In this document: piece by piece, positions 8,854 through 16,098 of the stretch
Layout: each line of letters starts with the position of its first letter
Position numbering within the stretch: the first letter of the stretch is position 1
Source of the DNA: a phage
Reading direction: 5' to 3' (one strand)
DNA length: 64,000 bases
Assembly: GCA_033664045.1 (NCBI GenBank)
Contig: GCA_033664045.1_3674.1
Made by a program: the position numbers and the translations under genes
The notes under the pieces: model-generated
What the model saw: only the letters and a program-made list of their open reading frames with translations
Database searches by the model: none
What the model was told of the DNA's origin: nothing

Positions 8854-9615
8854 TTAAAGTTCCATAAAGTTTTCTACAGTTTCAATAAATGCTTTATCAG
8901 AGAAAGCGTCAACAGCACCGTTAAACCATACAGGGATCCCGCGATCCTCATATTGATAAAGGTCGCTACGTGAAATGCCACTTCCATCTGCACTCTGCGA
9001 ATCATACTTGTTTACAATCAGCAGTTTTGTGCCTTTACAAGTAGCAGGAAACAATTCCCAGTTAAAATTAATAACTGTGTTAGAACAACCTACCAGGATC
9101 ACCATATCATTGCTGGTAAGAGAAGTCAACAGGTCATACATGTCTGTATACTTAGGAGCAACCTCACCGAAGAACACCACATTGGGCTTAACCCAAGTAT
9201 ACTTGCCTGTATCTACCTCCGTGTATCCGATATTTTTAATTACATCATTACCTTCAGCATCTTCGTAGGTGATTTCAGGCAAATACCCGTGGACATGTAA
9301 AATATCTTCATGTTTTACACCAGCACGCTCCAGCAAATCATCTACATTGGTGGTAAGGTTGATCACACGACCAGACCAGCGGGAATACCACTCAGCGATC
9401 CGAAGATGTGCAATGTTAGGATCAACACTGCCCAGAGCTACACGACGTGCATTGTAAAAGTCATGCACCTTATAGTAGTTCTTGGCAAAGGTGTGGATGT
9501 TGCACACCTCATCGATGCTGAAATTCTCCCACATTGCAGTGCTACCAGATCGGAAAGTGGGAATACCAGATTCAGCGCTCAAACCAGCACCGGAGATAAT
9601 AATCAGTCGTCGCAT
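8854..9615 (-). CDS. sirtuin (Sir2)-like NAD-dependent deacylase/ADP-ribosyltransferase
   Basis: GAGLSAESGIPTFRS, LTTNVDDLLERAG, HVHG, VVFFGE; the usual CxxC Zn-ribbon cysteines appear absent. Confidence 0.75.
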   Translation of the reverse strand: MRRLIIISGAGLSAESGIPTFRSGSTAMWENFSIDEVCNIHTFAKNYYKVHDFYNARRVALGSVDPNIAHLRIAEWYSRWSGRVINLTTNVDDLLERAGVKHEDILHVHGYLPEITYEDAEGNDVIKNIGYTEVDTGKYTWVKPNVVFFGEVAPKYTDMYDLLTSLTSNDMVILVGCSNTVINFNWELFPATCKGTKLLIVNKYDSQSADGSGISRSDLYQYEDRGIPVWFNGAVDAFSDKAFIETVENFMEL

Positions 9616-9623
9616 AAGTGTCC

Positions 9624-9974
9624 TCAGTAGATGTTTTGTTTAATCTCTATTCCAAACTTTTTAAACGAGTCAGCTGCAAGCATGAATTTACGAGCCGCTG
9701 ATGGATTAGAAGTATGCACGAAAATCTTCACGTTGTCAACTACAGGAGGCTTACCAAATACAAATTTTTCCTCCAACATAGATAGGCAATCGTACCCTTC
9801 GAATACCTCTCCAAGGTCGTTGTCCATATGCCACTCAGAAACGCGTCTGTAGAGCTTTTTATTATCGTTAATAAAATCCATAAACTCGGAGGAATTCTTT
9901 AGCCAAATAGCGTCTTGGAGCCCATAATTTGACGGATCTCTCAAGTCATCAAGCCACACAATCAACTTCTTCAT
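9624..9974 (-). CDS. small receiver-like (Rossmannoid) domain protein, function unknown
   Basis: Conserved-position pattern LIVWLDDLRD ... HMDNDLGE ... IFVHTSNP ... K is reminiscent of a CheY-like fold. Confidence 0.3.
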   Translation of the reverse strand: MKKLIVWLDDLRDPSNYGLQDAIWLKNSSEFMDFINDNKKLYRRVSEWHMDNDLGEVFEGYDCLSMLEEKFVFGKPPVVDNVKIFVHTSNPSAARKFMLAADSFKKFGIEIKQNIY

Positions 9975-10906
9975 TGCATATAGTCCCAGTTGTGGAAATA
10001 GTAATCAAGTATCTCACGGCGTTCCTGCTCCAGGAGACAGTTCCACACGTCTTCTGTGTAATTGCTACGAATGAAGTTTACCATGCCGTAAAACTCTTCG
10101 TCAACACGTTTAAATATATCATCACCCCAAATCTTCCAAGCTTTACTCCTCATTACGGCCTTCCGTGCCAGATAGTATGGAGACTTGATCTTCAGCTGCA
10201 GATCATAAGGGTAGTAAGGCTTACGAATCATATACCCTTCACCTCTTGTTTCTGCAGCTAATTCTTTTGCATAGCTGAACGGAATTTCACGCACAGTGTG
10301 AGGACGTTTTGCACCAAGGTATTTGGCAATCCCATCTAAAGCTGCTTCTGGTAGCATTATTCCAGAATCATTATATCTGCAACCTATCAAATATGCTCCA
10401 TGATCTTCCTGAACAATATGCGGATCTGAAGGGTGACAAATTTCAAACATGAATGTCATGTTTTCATTGCCCATAACCTTCTTGATAAGATCTAAATTAC
10501 CACATTGCTCCCGGATGGTTTCCTTTGCAAGGTTACAATATGGAGAATCAAGAGATCCGGTTGTTGAGAACAATAGTTCCCCTTTATGAGATGATACCAC
10601 ACCGAGGAATCCGTTCTTTTTCTCTACCGCCGTCACAAGCTTATTGTCAGGCAGGTTGGTGGAATTTTCTCCCAAGTTAAACACTTTTGTGAAGGGCCAT
10701 GCCACAACATTTCCTTCATTACCGACAACAATGCCTCGGCACTCCAGCAAACGAGGGGACAAATGCCATAAATTGTTGTAAAATACTTTTCTGGCATATT
10801 TATAGATCTTTAACCCGAGATCTGGGTGATATCTGCTGGTTACAAGACCTTTGTCAACTAGGTCGTCTGCATTAAAATACTTCATCATACGTTCCTCATT
10901 TGTCAT
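9971..10906 (-). CDS. ATP-dependent RNA ligase-like nucleotidyltransferase (Rnl2-like)
   Basis: Motif I VEKKNGF (KxNG), motif IV EGYMIRKP (T4 Rnl2 EGYVLKP), motif V LQLKIKSP; a separate DNA ligase exists at 6216-7499. Confidence 0.6.
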   Translation of the reverse strand: MTNEERMMKYFNADDLVDKGLVTSRYHPDLGLKIYKYARKVFYNNLWHLSPRLLECRGIVVGNEGNVVAWPFTKVFNLGENSTNLPDNKLVTAVEKKNGFLGVVSSHKGELLFSTTGSLDSPYCNLAKETIREQCGNLDLIKKVMGNENMTFMFEICHPSDPHIVQEDHGAYLIGCRYNDSGIMLPEAALDGIAKYLGAKRPHTVREIPFSYAKELAAETRGEGYMIRKPYYPYDLQLKIKSPYYLARKAVMRSKAWKIWGDDIFKRVDEEFYGMVNFIRSNYTEDVWNCLLEQERREILDYYFHNWDYMQ

Positions 10907-10949
10907 TTTGTCAGCCTATCCTGCCACACAAATAACCTAGTGTCAACAC

Positions 10950-10978
10950 TTGAAATTAACAAAACAGTTAGGTATACT
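10950..10978 (+). promoter_or_regulatory. sigma70-like promoter for kinase/phosphoesterase operon
   Basis: TTGAAA-17 nt-TATACT, about 28 nt upstream of the GGAGG RBS and ATG at 11007. Confidence 0.5.
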
Positions 10979-11006
10979 ATCATTGAAATTAAAACGGAGG
11001 ATTGCT

Positions 11007-11414
11007 ATGTCTAAAATGCTATATATCGTGCGTGGTCTACCAGGGTCTGGCAAATCAACACTGGCAAATGCGCTATCTTTAGAAGGCCTGTATCCCCATT
11101 TTGAGAACGACATGTTCTGGTACGACGATGACGGCAATTACAACTGGGATGCAAGTAAAGTAACACTTGCAGCAAAATGGTGCAAAGATAACGTAGAAGA
11201 TATGATGCGTATGGGATACGACCGTATCGTGGTAAGTAATACGTTTACAAAAGAAAAATATGTGCAAGAATATATTGACATGGCAATCAGCTATGGGTAT
11301 AGTTATACCGTAATCGTGGTTGAAAACCGCCACGGTAATAAAAGCATTCATGCTTCAGACGAGGTTGTGGATCGTATGGAACGCCAACTTAAAAACTGCA
11401 TCAAACTTAAATGA
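11007..11414 (+). CDS. P-loop polynucleotide 5'-kinase-like protein
   Basis: Walker A LYIVRGLPGSGKST at N-terminus, like T4 Pnk kinase domain (GCPGSGKST); start set at ATG 11007 after GGAGG. Confidence 0.55.
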   Translation: MSKMLYIVRGLPGSGKSTLANALSLEGLYPHFENDMFWYDDDGNYNWDASKVTLAAKWCKDNVEDMMRMGYDRIVVSNTFTKEKYVQEYIDMAISYGYSYTVIVVENRHGNKSIHASDEVVDRMERQLKNCIKLK

Positions 11415-11421
11415 GGAATGT

Positions 11422-11976
11422 ATGAAATACTTTGTAACAAGCGACACACACTTTCTCCACCAGCGGGTCATGGAGTTTGAGTCATGTCAAAAACACAGAT
11501 CTCAGTATGATCACAATCTTGACAGTATGAATGCTGGAATCATCGCCGAGTGGAACTCTGTTGTGTCACCTGCAGACACTGTGTTCCACTTGGGAGATAT
11601 TGCATGCACTAATGATAAGAATATCAACAAATTGCTCCCAGATATTCTAAATATGTTGAACGGACATATTATTCTTGTTCGTGGCAACCATGACACAAGG
11701 ACGACTGTCAGAATTATGAAAGAGTTCTATCATGAGGTTGTAGATTATTACGAGCTTCGCCACAACAAGAATTTGATCTGTATGAGCCATTACCAGTTTG
11801 CAAAGTGGAACAGAAAGCCTCACGGATCAGTCCAACTGTTCGGTCATGCTCACGGAACCACACAACAGTTGTTTGGCAGGCAGTTTGATGTCGGTTGGGA
11901 TGTATGGGGGAGACTCTTACCATTAGAAGAGGCATACCGTATTGCAATGAGTTTTGATATTGACAGCAGGGAGTAA
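11422..11976 (+). CDS. calcineurin-like metallophosphoesterase (candidate end-healing phosphatase)
   Basis: Motifs SDTHF, HLGDIA, VRGNHD, FGHAHG; start set at ATG 11422 after GAGGAA. Confidence 0.6.
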   Translation: MKYFVTSDTHFLHQRVMEFESCQKHRSQYDHNLDSMNAGIIAEWNSVVSPADTVFHLGDIACTNDKNINKLLPDILNMLNGHIILVRGNHDTRTTVRIMKEFYHEVVDYYELRHNKNLICMSHYQFAKWNRKPHGSVQLFGHAHGTTQQLFGRQFDVGWDVWGRLLPLEEAYRIAMSFDIDSRE

Positions 11977-12023
11977 TCCCTGCTATTTTAAAGAAAATTG
12001 CCACACAAGGAGAATCAGGAGAT

Positions 12024-12374
12024 ATGAAAGATGGGGATAAGCTGCTATATCTTAAAGTCCCCCTTGAAATACTATCTATGTCAAAAGTTTTGAATGACAC
12101 AACTGGGGAGGTTGTTGTTCTTGACTTGTATGACAAGATCGTATACTGCTACCTGCACAACTGGTATAAGCTTGGAGGAAATTCACGCTTTACTCCAAGC
12201 ACAAGGAAAATTGCAGCAGATGTTGGGATAAAGAAAACAAAAGCAGCAGCGTGCGTTAAAACTTTAGAATGTGCAGGAGTGGTTGAAATATCCACACAAG
12301 GGAGAGGTAAAAGATGCACATTTTCCAAAGTTTTGCCACCAGAAGAAGTTATTCGAATGTCAACAACTGGTTAG
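12024..12374 (+). CDS. putative winged-helix/HTH DNA-binding protein
   Basis: STRKIAADVGIKKTKAAACVKTLECAGVVE HTH-like segment; lies directly upstream of the palindromic repeat array. Confidence 0.35.
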   Translation: MKDGDKLLYLKVPLEILSMSKVLNDTTGEVVVLDLYDKIVYCYLHNWYKLGGNSRFTPSTRKIAADVGIKKTKAAACVKTLECAGVVEISTQGRGKRCTFSKVLPPEEVIRMSTTG

Positions 12375-12446
12375 ACCAGTAAAAACTTAAATATCTGTAC
12401 TATAAGGATTCGTATGTTTTATGTTCACTATGAAACAGAGGTTAGT

Positions 12447-12536
12447 AACTGTCCGTGATACGGACACTACTGTCCGTCACGCGGACACATCTGCCCGTAA
12501 TACGGACACTAACTGTCCGTGATACGGACACATAAA
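12447..12536. repeat. four phased copies of 15-bp palindrome GTCCGT-N3-ACGGAC
   Basis: Copies at 12451-12465, 12472-12486, 12493-12507 (GCCCGT variant), 12515-12529; spacing 21-22 bp. Confidence 0.85.
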
Positions 12537-12539
12537 GAA

Positions 12540-12645
12540 TATAACTAAAATAACTAAATAATAAAAAATAAAAGATCTAGTACTTATGGTACTAAGTACA
12601 TGTACTTAACTTATGTAGAATATACTAGATCCTAAGTACCATGTT
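12540..12645. repeat. AT-rich tract with nested inverted repeats
   Basis: GTACTTA-tggtac-TAAGTAC and AGATCTAGTA...TACTAGATC around 12574-12640, preceded by an A/T-rich run. Confidence 0.7.
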
Positions 12646-12664
12646 TTAAATTTATTACTTACTA

Positions 12665-12900
12665 TGGGTAGTGTCGGCCCTTCATTGGCACTCGCCTACG
12701 AGGGGCGAGATGCCGGGCCTCCCTAGTGCACACAATAACAGAGGTGCATACATGCAGGTCTGTTAACATGTGTGGGGAGCGAAGCGGTAGCGCAGGCCAA
12801 AGGCCGAGCACTAATGTGGGCCACCGACGAAAGCTTGTCAGCGCCGTAAGGAGTCGGTTGAGAGCCTCTCGCGCGAGTTTGGATAAAGTTTATGTGTGGA
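12665..12900 (+). other. GC-rich segment, candidate structured RNA or origin-associated element
   Basis: Local GC visibly higher than flanks; nested stems GGCCC...[GGCA-CTCGCC-tacgagg-GGCGAG-a-TGCC]...GGGCC, GGCC-aaa-GGCC, CTCGCGCGAG; the overlapping ORF 12726-12941 lacks an RBS. Confidence 0.25.
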
Positions 12901-13035
12901 AACTGATAATGAGGCCCCTAAATCGCTCCACAGTTATATAAACCATACCAAGTAATGCAATCGCACCAGTTTGATAGAAAAGCTCGTTACAAAGCGATAC
13001 AGTGAGTTTTTCTATAACTTGAAGAGGAGGCAGCT

Positions 13036-13614
13036 ATGAGTTCACGCAAAGATGACCGTGAAAAGATTGCAAAACGTTATCAGAATGAAGAACAGATGGA
13101 GAAAACTTTCAAGTGGAAGCCTGGTTTCCAGCGTAATCATTCTGACGCTCGTGATCGTAAGCATCCAGACAAGTGGCTAACCCCGCCAAATGATGACATG
13201 AAGGTTGGTGATGAGAAGGAGTTGTCACCGGGGAAAGATGGCAACTACATTCGCACTAAGGAAGCTAGTCCAAAGGATGACAGCTATCTTGTAGATAAGG
13301 TTCTTGCTAGTATTGATGTAGATGTTGATACTGTACGAAACACTTTCCTTGGTTGGTATCGCACAGGGTTTTTCGACATCAAGGCTATTCGTCGTGTTTG
13401 TGATATTAAAAAGTCTGCCTACGATGATGACTCTTTACATCGAACCCTAAGACAATATTCAGAGAGATACGGTCATCCAGTTATCACTCTTGACGATATT
13501 AACGAAGTTATGTATCATGTAGAGGTTGTTGCAGGTAGGTTCGGTGATGCATATCTCGGTATTCTTTCTGCAAAGGATGAGGTAATGTTAAATAAAATTT
13601 ACTATGAACGCTGA
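13036..13614 (+). CDS. hypothetical protein (192 aa, charged N-terminus)
   Basis: ORF with RBS GAGGAGG upstream. Confidence 0.5.
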   Translation: MSSRKDDREKIAKRYQNEEQMEKTFKWKPGFQRNHSDARDRKHPDKWLTPPNDDMKVGDEKELSPGKDGNYIRTKEASPKDDSYLVDKVLASIDVDVDTVRNTFLGWYRTGFFDIKAIRRVCDIKKSAYDDDSLHRTLRQYSERYGHPVITLDDINEVMYHVEVVAGRFGDAYLGILSAKDEVMLNKIYYER

Positions 13615-13813
13615 GGAGCGCTTGATGAACAACCCGGTAGCAAAGAACTGTAATAAGTTCAACAAGTCTGCAATTCACACTGACAGGAAAAAGAGCTGGT
13701 CTCCTGACATTGACGAGGAGCTTGAGAGTTACTTTGAAGACCTGGTCACTAATGCAGATGAGGTTGCGATTAAAGAATACGCAGACAGGAAGGATAAGGC
13801 CGGAATCTGTTGA
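13604..13813 (+). CDS. hypothetical protein (69 aa)
   Basis: Overlapping ORF downstream of 13036 gene. Confidence 0.35.
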   Translation: MNAEERLMNNPVAKNCNKFNKSAIHTDRKKSWSPDIDEELESYFEDLVTNADEVAIKEYADRKDKAGIC

Positions 13814-13838
13814 CAAAAATAGTGTTACCTGATAAGAT
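13810..13838 (+). promoter_or_regulatory. sigma70-like promoter
   Basis: TTGACA-17 nt-TAAGAT. Confidence 0.5.
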
Positions 13839-13889
13839 CTGCAATATGATGTGATGCAATTTTAACTTACGAGGTCTACAGGTAATGCT

Positions 13890-14132
13890 ATGTTTAAGGT
13901 TAAGCTCGTTTTTCGTTCCATGAATGAGGATTATTTAGAAGATGAAGGTGAATTTCGTGCACTGGATGATGCAATAGATTTTGCCAACGACTTAGCTTGT
14001 ATGAATACGGGTTATGGGTTATGTTGTTGGGATGGGGGTGTTCAGATCGGTGATAGCAAGATCTTCTACTTCTACCCTGAGCCCGATAACAAACAAATTA
14101 AGTATGTTTTATTTATTTGTGCTTTACAATGA
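13890..14132 (+). CDS. hypothetical protein (80 aa)
   Basis: ORF downstream of promoter. Confidence 0.45.
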   Translation: MFKVKLVFRSMNEDYLEDEGEFRALDDAIDFANDLACMNTGYGLCCWDGGVQIGDSKIFYFYPEPDNKQIKYVLFICALQ

Positions 14133-14421
14133 GGTTGTTTTCGTGTATCATGATGAATATCCAATTTAAAGATGAATTTGATGGCTTTATCTCCGGATGC
14201 TTTGAAACAGGGTTCGGAGAAGACTGAGTTCCCCTTAGAGGGCTTGATAGTGCACCACACTTAAAATGGTAGGGGCAGCCAGCACATGACGATGTGACCC
14301 CAGCCAACCTGTAACAAGGTCGAGCCGAAGCGCGGGTAATAGGTCTCTGGTAACCCACTTGTTGGGTCTTGCTGGTTCAGGACGCTGGACAAGTCGCAGG
14401 GAATACCACCCTGCGGCGAAC

Positions 14422-14450
14422 TTGACAATCAGTATTTGCTATGATAAAAT
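14422..14450 (+). promoter_or_regulatory. consensus sigma70 promoter
   Basis: TTGACA-17 nt-TAAAAT. Confidence 0.6.
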
Positions 14451-14478
14451 CCACCTATCACGTGATAATGGAGGAAAC

Positions 14479-14817
14479 ATGGCGGATACAACTAAAAAGC
14501 GTCGCCGTAGAGGCAGACCTCTGAAAGAGGAGTCCAACGCCATTCAGCTAGAGAAGAACATCCTTGATATGAAGGAATCTTTTATAGCGATGGTTCCAGA
14601 AGCTCACAAAGTTTTAAGAGAGCTGATGTTGGACCCGAAAACCAAACAAAATATTCGTCAAAGCATTGCAGAGTATGTTCTTGATAAGGCAGACCGAATG
14701 CAGGAAGAATATGATGAGATGTTTGGTGAAGAGGAAGAGGTGGTAGTGGAAGAGGCTGAAAAACCAGCACCTTTTATGCCATTTACCACAGAAATACAGC
14801 CTGTTAGCAATAGTTAA
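14479..14817 (+). CDS. hypothetical basic/acidic protein with RGRP (AT-hook-like) motif
   Basis: Start at ATG 14479 after GGAGG; KKRRRRGRPLKEE near N-terminus, acidic C-terminal half. Confidence 0.5.
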   Translation: MADTTKKRRRRGRPLKEESNAIQLEKNILDMKESFIAMVPEAHKVLRELMLDPKTKQNIRQSIAEYVLDKADRMQEEYDEMFGEEEEVVVEEAEKPAPFMPFTTEIQPVSNS

Positions 14818-14826
14818 AATATTTTC

Positions 14827-14855
14827 TTGACAAACTTTGCTTAACAGTGTAATAT
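14827..14855 (+). promoter_or_regulatory. sigma70-like promoter preceding tRNA cluster
   Basis: TTGACA-17 nt-TAATAT about 60 nt upstream of the first tRNA. Confidence 0.55.
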
Positions 14856-14913
14856 TGTAAACATGGTCTCCCACCTTTTCTGGCGGCTAAGGTGTAAAAG
14901 AAAGCCACCCAGT

Positions 14914-14988
14914 GCCCTGTTAGCTTAGTGGATAAAGCAGCGGCCTTCTAAGCCGTTGACACTGGTTCGAGTCCAGTACGGGGTGCCA
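14914..14988 (+). tRNA. tRNA-Arg (anticodon TCT)
   Basis: Hand-folded cloverleaf: acceptor GCCCTGT/ACGGGGT with G-U pairs, anticodon loop CTTCTAA, T-loop TTCGAGT, encoded CCA. Ends approximate. Confidence 0.75.
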
Positions 14989-14992
14989 AATT

Positions 14993-15079
14993 GGGGAGTT
15001 ATCCCGTAGAGGTAGCGGTGTAGACTGTAAATCTATTGTCATTGCGACTCGGGTGGTTCGACTCCACCACTCCCCACCA
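14993..15079 (+). tRNA. tRNA-Tyr (anticodon GTA), class II with long variable arm
   Basis: Acceptor GGGGAGT/ACTCCCC, anticodon loop CTGTAAA, T-arm GGTTCGACTCC, encoded CCA; architecture parallels E. coli tRNA-Tyr. Confidence 0.8.
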
Positions 15080-15193
15080 AATTTATATTTTTAAATGTAT
15101 AAATCATACAGATAATGGCATTGATATTTATCGTCGTTTATACTAGTCACTAACTGCTCGAAAATCAGTGTCATTATCAGTATTGTTTATAAA

Positions 15194-15284
15194 AGAGGGT
15201 AGGGAGCAATGGTGCTCAAGCGGTCTTGAAAACCGTCCCGTTGAGGATGACTCGATGATGGTTCGATTCCATTACCCTCTGCCA
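15194..15284 (+). tRNA. tRNA-Ser (anticodon TGA), class II
   Basis: Acceptor AGAGGGT/ACCCTCT, anticodon stem-loop CGGTCTTGAAAACCG, long extra arm, T-arm GGTTCGATTCC, CCA. Confidence 0.75.
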
Positions 15285-15372
15285 TATTGTTGACCTTGTA
15301 ATTAAGCGAAAGCCGGAAGCAGAACCGGATTATCAAATGTTACAGTCGTCATCGCCGACTAGCAACATGGTC

Positions 15373-15481
15373 AACATACTGAGCTAGGTAAGCCCTTTGG
15401 CAAGGGCGAGGATTTTTAATCCTGAAAATAGACGAGGTAGTCGTTGAATACATAGGTGGTTCGATTCCACCGCCTAGCACC
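15373..15481 (+). tRNA. aberrant tRNA-like gene (about 107 nt), possible pseudo-tRNA
   Basis: Perfect acceptor GCTAGGT/GCCTAGC and T-arm GGTGGTTCGATTCCACC, but anticodon region AGGAT-TTTTA-ATCCT and a roughly 30-nt extra arm; CC but no encoded CCA. Confidence 0.35.
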
Positions 15482-15486
15482 TTTTT

Positions 15487-15562
15487 GCTGATGTAGCACA
15501 ATTGGTAATGCAATTGATTTGTAATCAATAGGTTGCAGGTTCAAGTCCTGCCATCAGCACCA
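15487..15562 (+). tRNA. tRNA-Thr (anticodon TGT)
   Basis: Acceptor GCTGATG/CATCAGC, anticodon stem-loop ATTGA-TTTGTAA-TCAAT, T-arm GCAGGTTCAAGTCCTGC, CCA. Confidence 0.8.
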
Positions 15563-15563
15563 A

Positions 15564-15638
15564 GGCCCTGTAGCTGGAAGGTTCAAGCAAGCGACTCATA
15601 ATCGCCAGACGGTGGTTCAATTCCACCCAGGGCCACCA
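15564..15638 (+). tRNA. tRNA-Met-type (anticodon CAT; elongator Met or Ile2 not resolved)
   Basis: Acceptor GGCCCTG/CAGGGCC fully paired, anticodon loop CTCATAA, T-arm GGTGGTTCAATTCCACC, CCA. Confidence 0.7.
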
Positions 15639-15649
15639 AATAATAAATA

Positions 15650-15726
15650 CTCCGCGTAGCTCAGCTTGGTAGAGCGCCTGATTTGGGATCAGGAGGTCGA
15701 GTGTTCGAATCACTCCGTGGAGACCA
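15650..15726 (+). tRNA. tRNA-Pro (anticodon TGG)
   Basis: Acceptor CTCCGCG/CGTGGAG, canonical D-arm GCTCAGCTTGGTAGAGC, anticodon stem-loop CCTGA-TTTGGGA-TCAGG, T-loop TTCGAAT, CCA. Confidence 0.85.
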
Positions 15727-15772
15727 CTTTCAGTTATACTTTAAACATATACAAACAAAAGGAACCTTTAAA

Positions 15773-16042
15773 ATGTATACACTTAAAATTGTAGAGCGTG
15801 TAAATCCAACCCATACCGTAGATTTTCGTGACGATTTCAATCCTCTGGCTGTAAATCTTCGAGAGTCATATCATGAACTCAGCTGCGATGCAGTGGTGGT
15901 CTTTTTTGAAGACAACTCTGAAGGGGCAGTAGCTTGTGTTGTTGATAGTGAGCAGAAGTTTTATATTTACAGAGATGTAGATGCATACTTGATGAATGAA
16001 AATGCAGTTACTGTTAGAATCATCCACCGAGTGCCTCGATAA
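15773..16042 (+). CDS. hypothetical protein (89 aa)
   Basis: Start moved to ATG 15773 because the listed ORF 15683 overlaps tRNA-Pro. Confidence 0.4.
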   Translation: MYTLKIVERVNPTHTVDFRDDFNPLAVNLRESYHELSCDAVVVFFEDNSEGAVACVVDSEQKFYIYRDVDAYLMNENAVTVRIIHRVPR

Positions 16043-16098
16043 GTATTAGTCTCCTTTTAGTTAGTTTCGATCTATTTAGGTTACTCAATTTTAACCCG

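Noticed and set aside
12447-12536. Possible CRISPR array, given four direct repeats
   Set aside because: Each repeat unit is itself a palindrome separated by only 6-7 bp with no unique spacers of regular length, and no cas genes are nearby. An operator or iteron array fits better.
12726-12941. 71-aa arginine-rich ORF inside the GC-rich intergenic segment
   Set aside because: It has no convincing RBS and a low-complexity basic composition, and it coincides with predicted stems, so it is more likely non-coding.
12665-14420. tmRNA or RNase P RNA in the GC-rich intergenic segments
   Set aside because: No tRNA-like acceptor/T-arm pair with a tag reading frame was found, and no RNase P conserved regions were recognised by eye. 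The elements remain unclassified.
14941-14960. tRNA-1 read as an amber suppressor (anticodon CTA)
   Set aside because: That reading depended on a misplaced anticodon stem. With the 5-bp stem GCGGC/GCCGT the loop is CTTCTAA and the anticodon is TCT (Arg).
15525-16042. ORF 15525-15713 (minus) and the N-terminal extension of ORF 15683-16042
   Set aside because: Both overlap well-folded tRNA genes. Only the part from ATG 15773 is kept as a possible gene.
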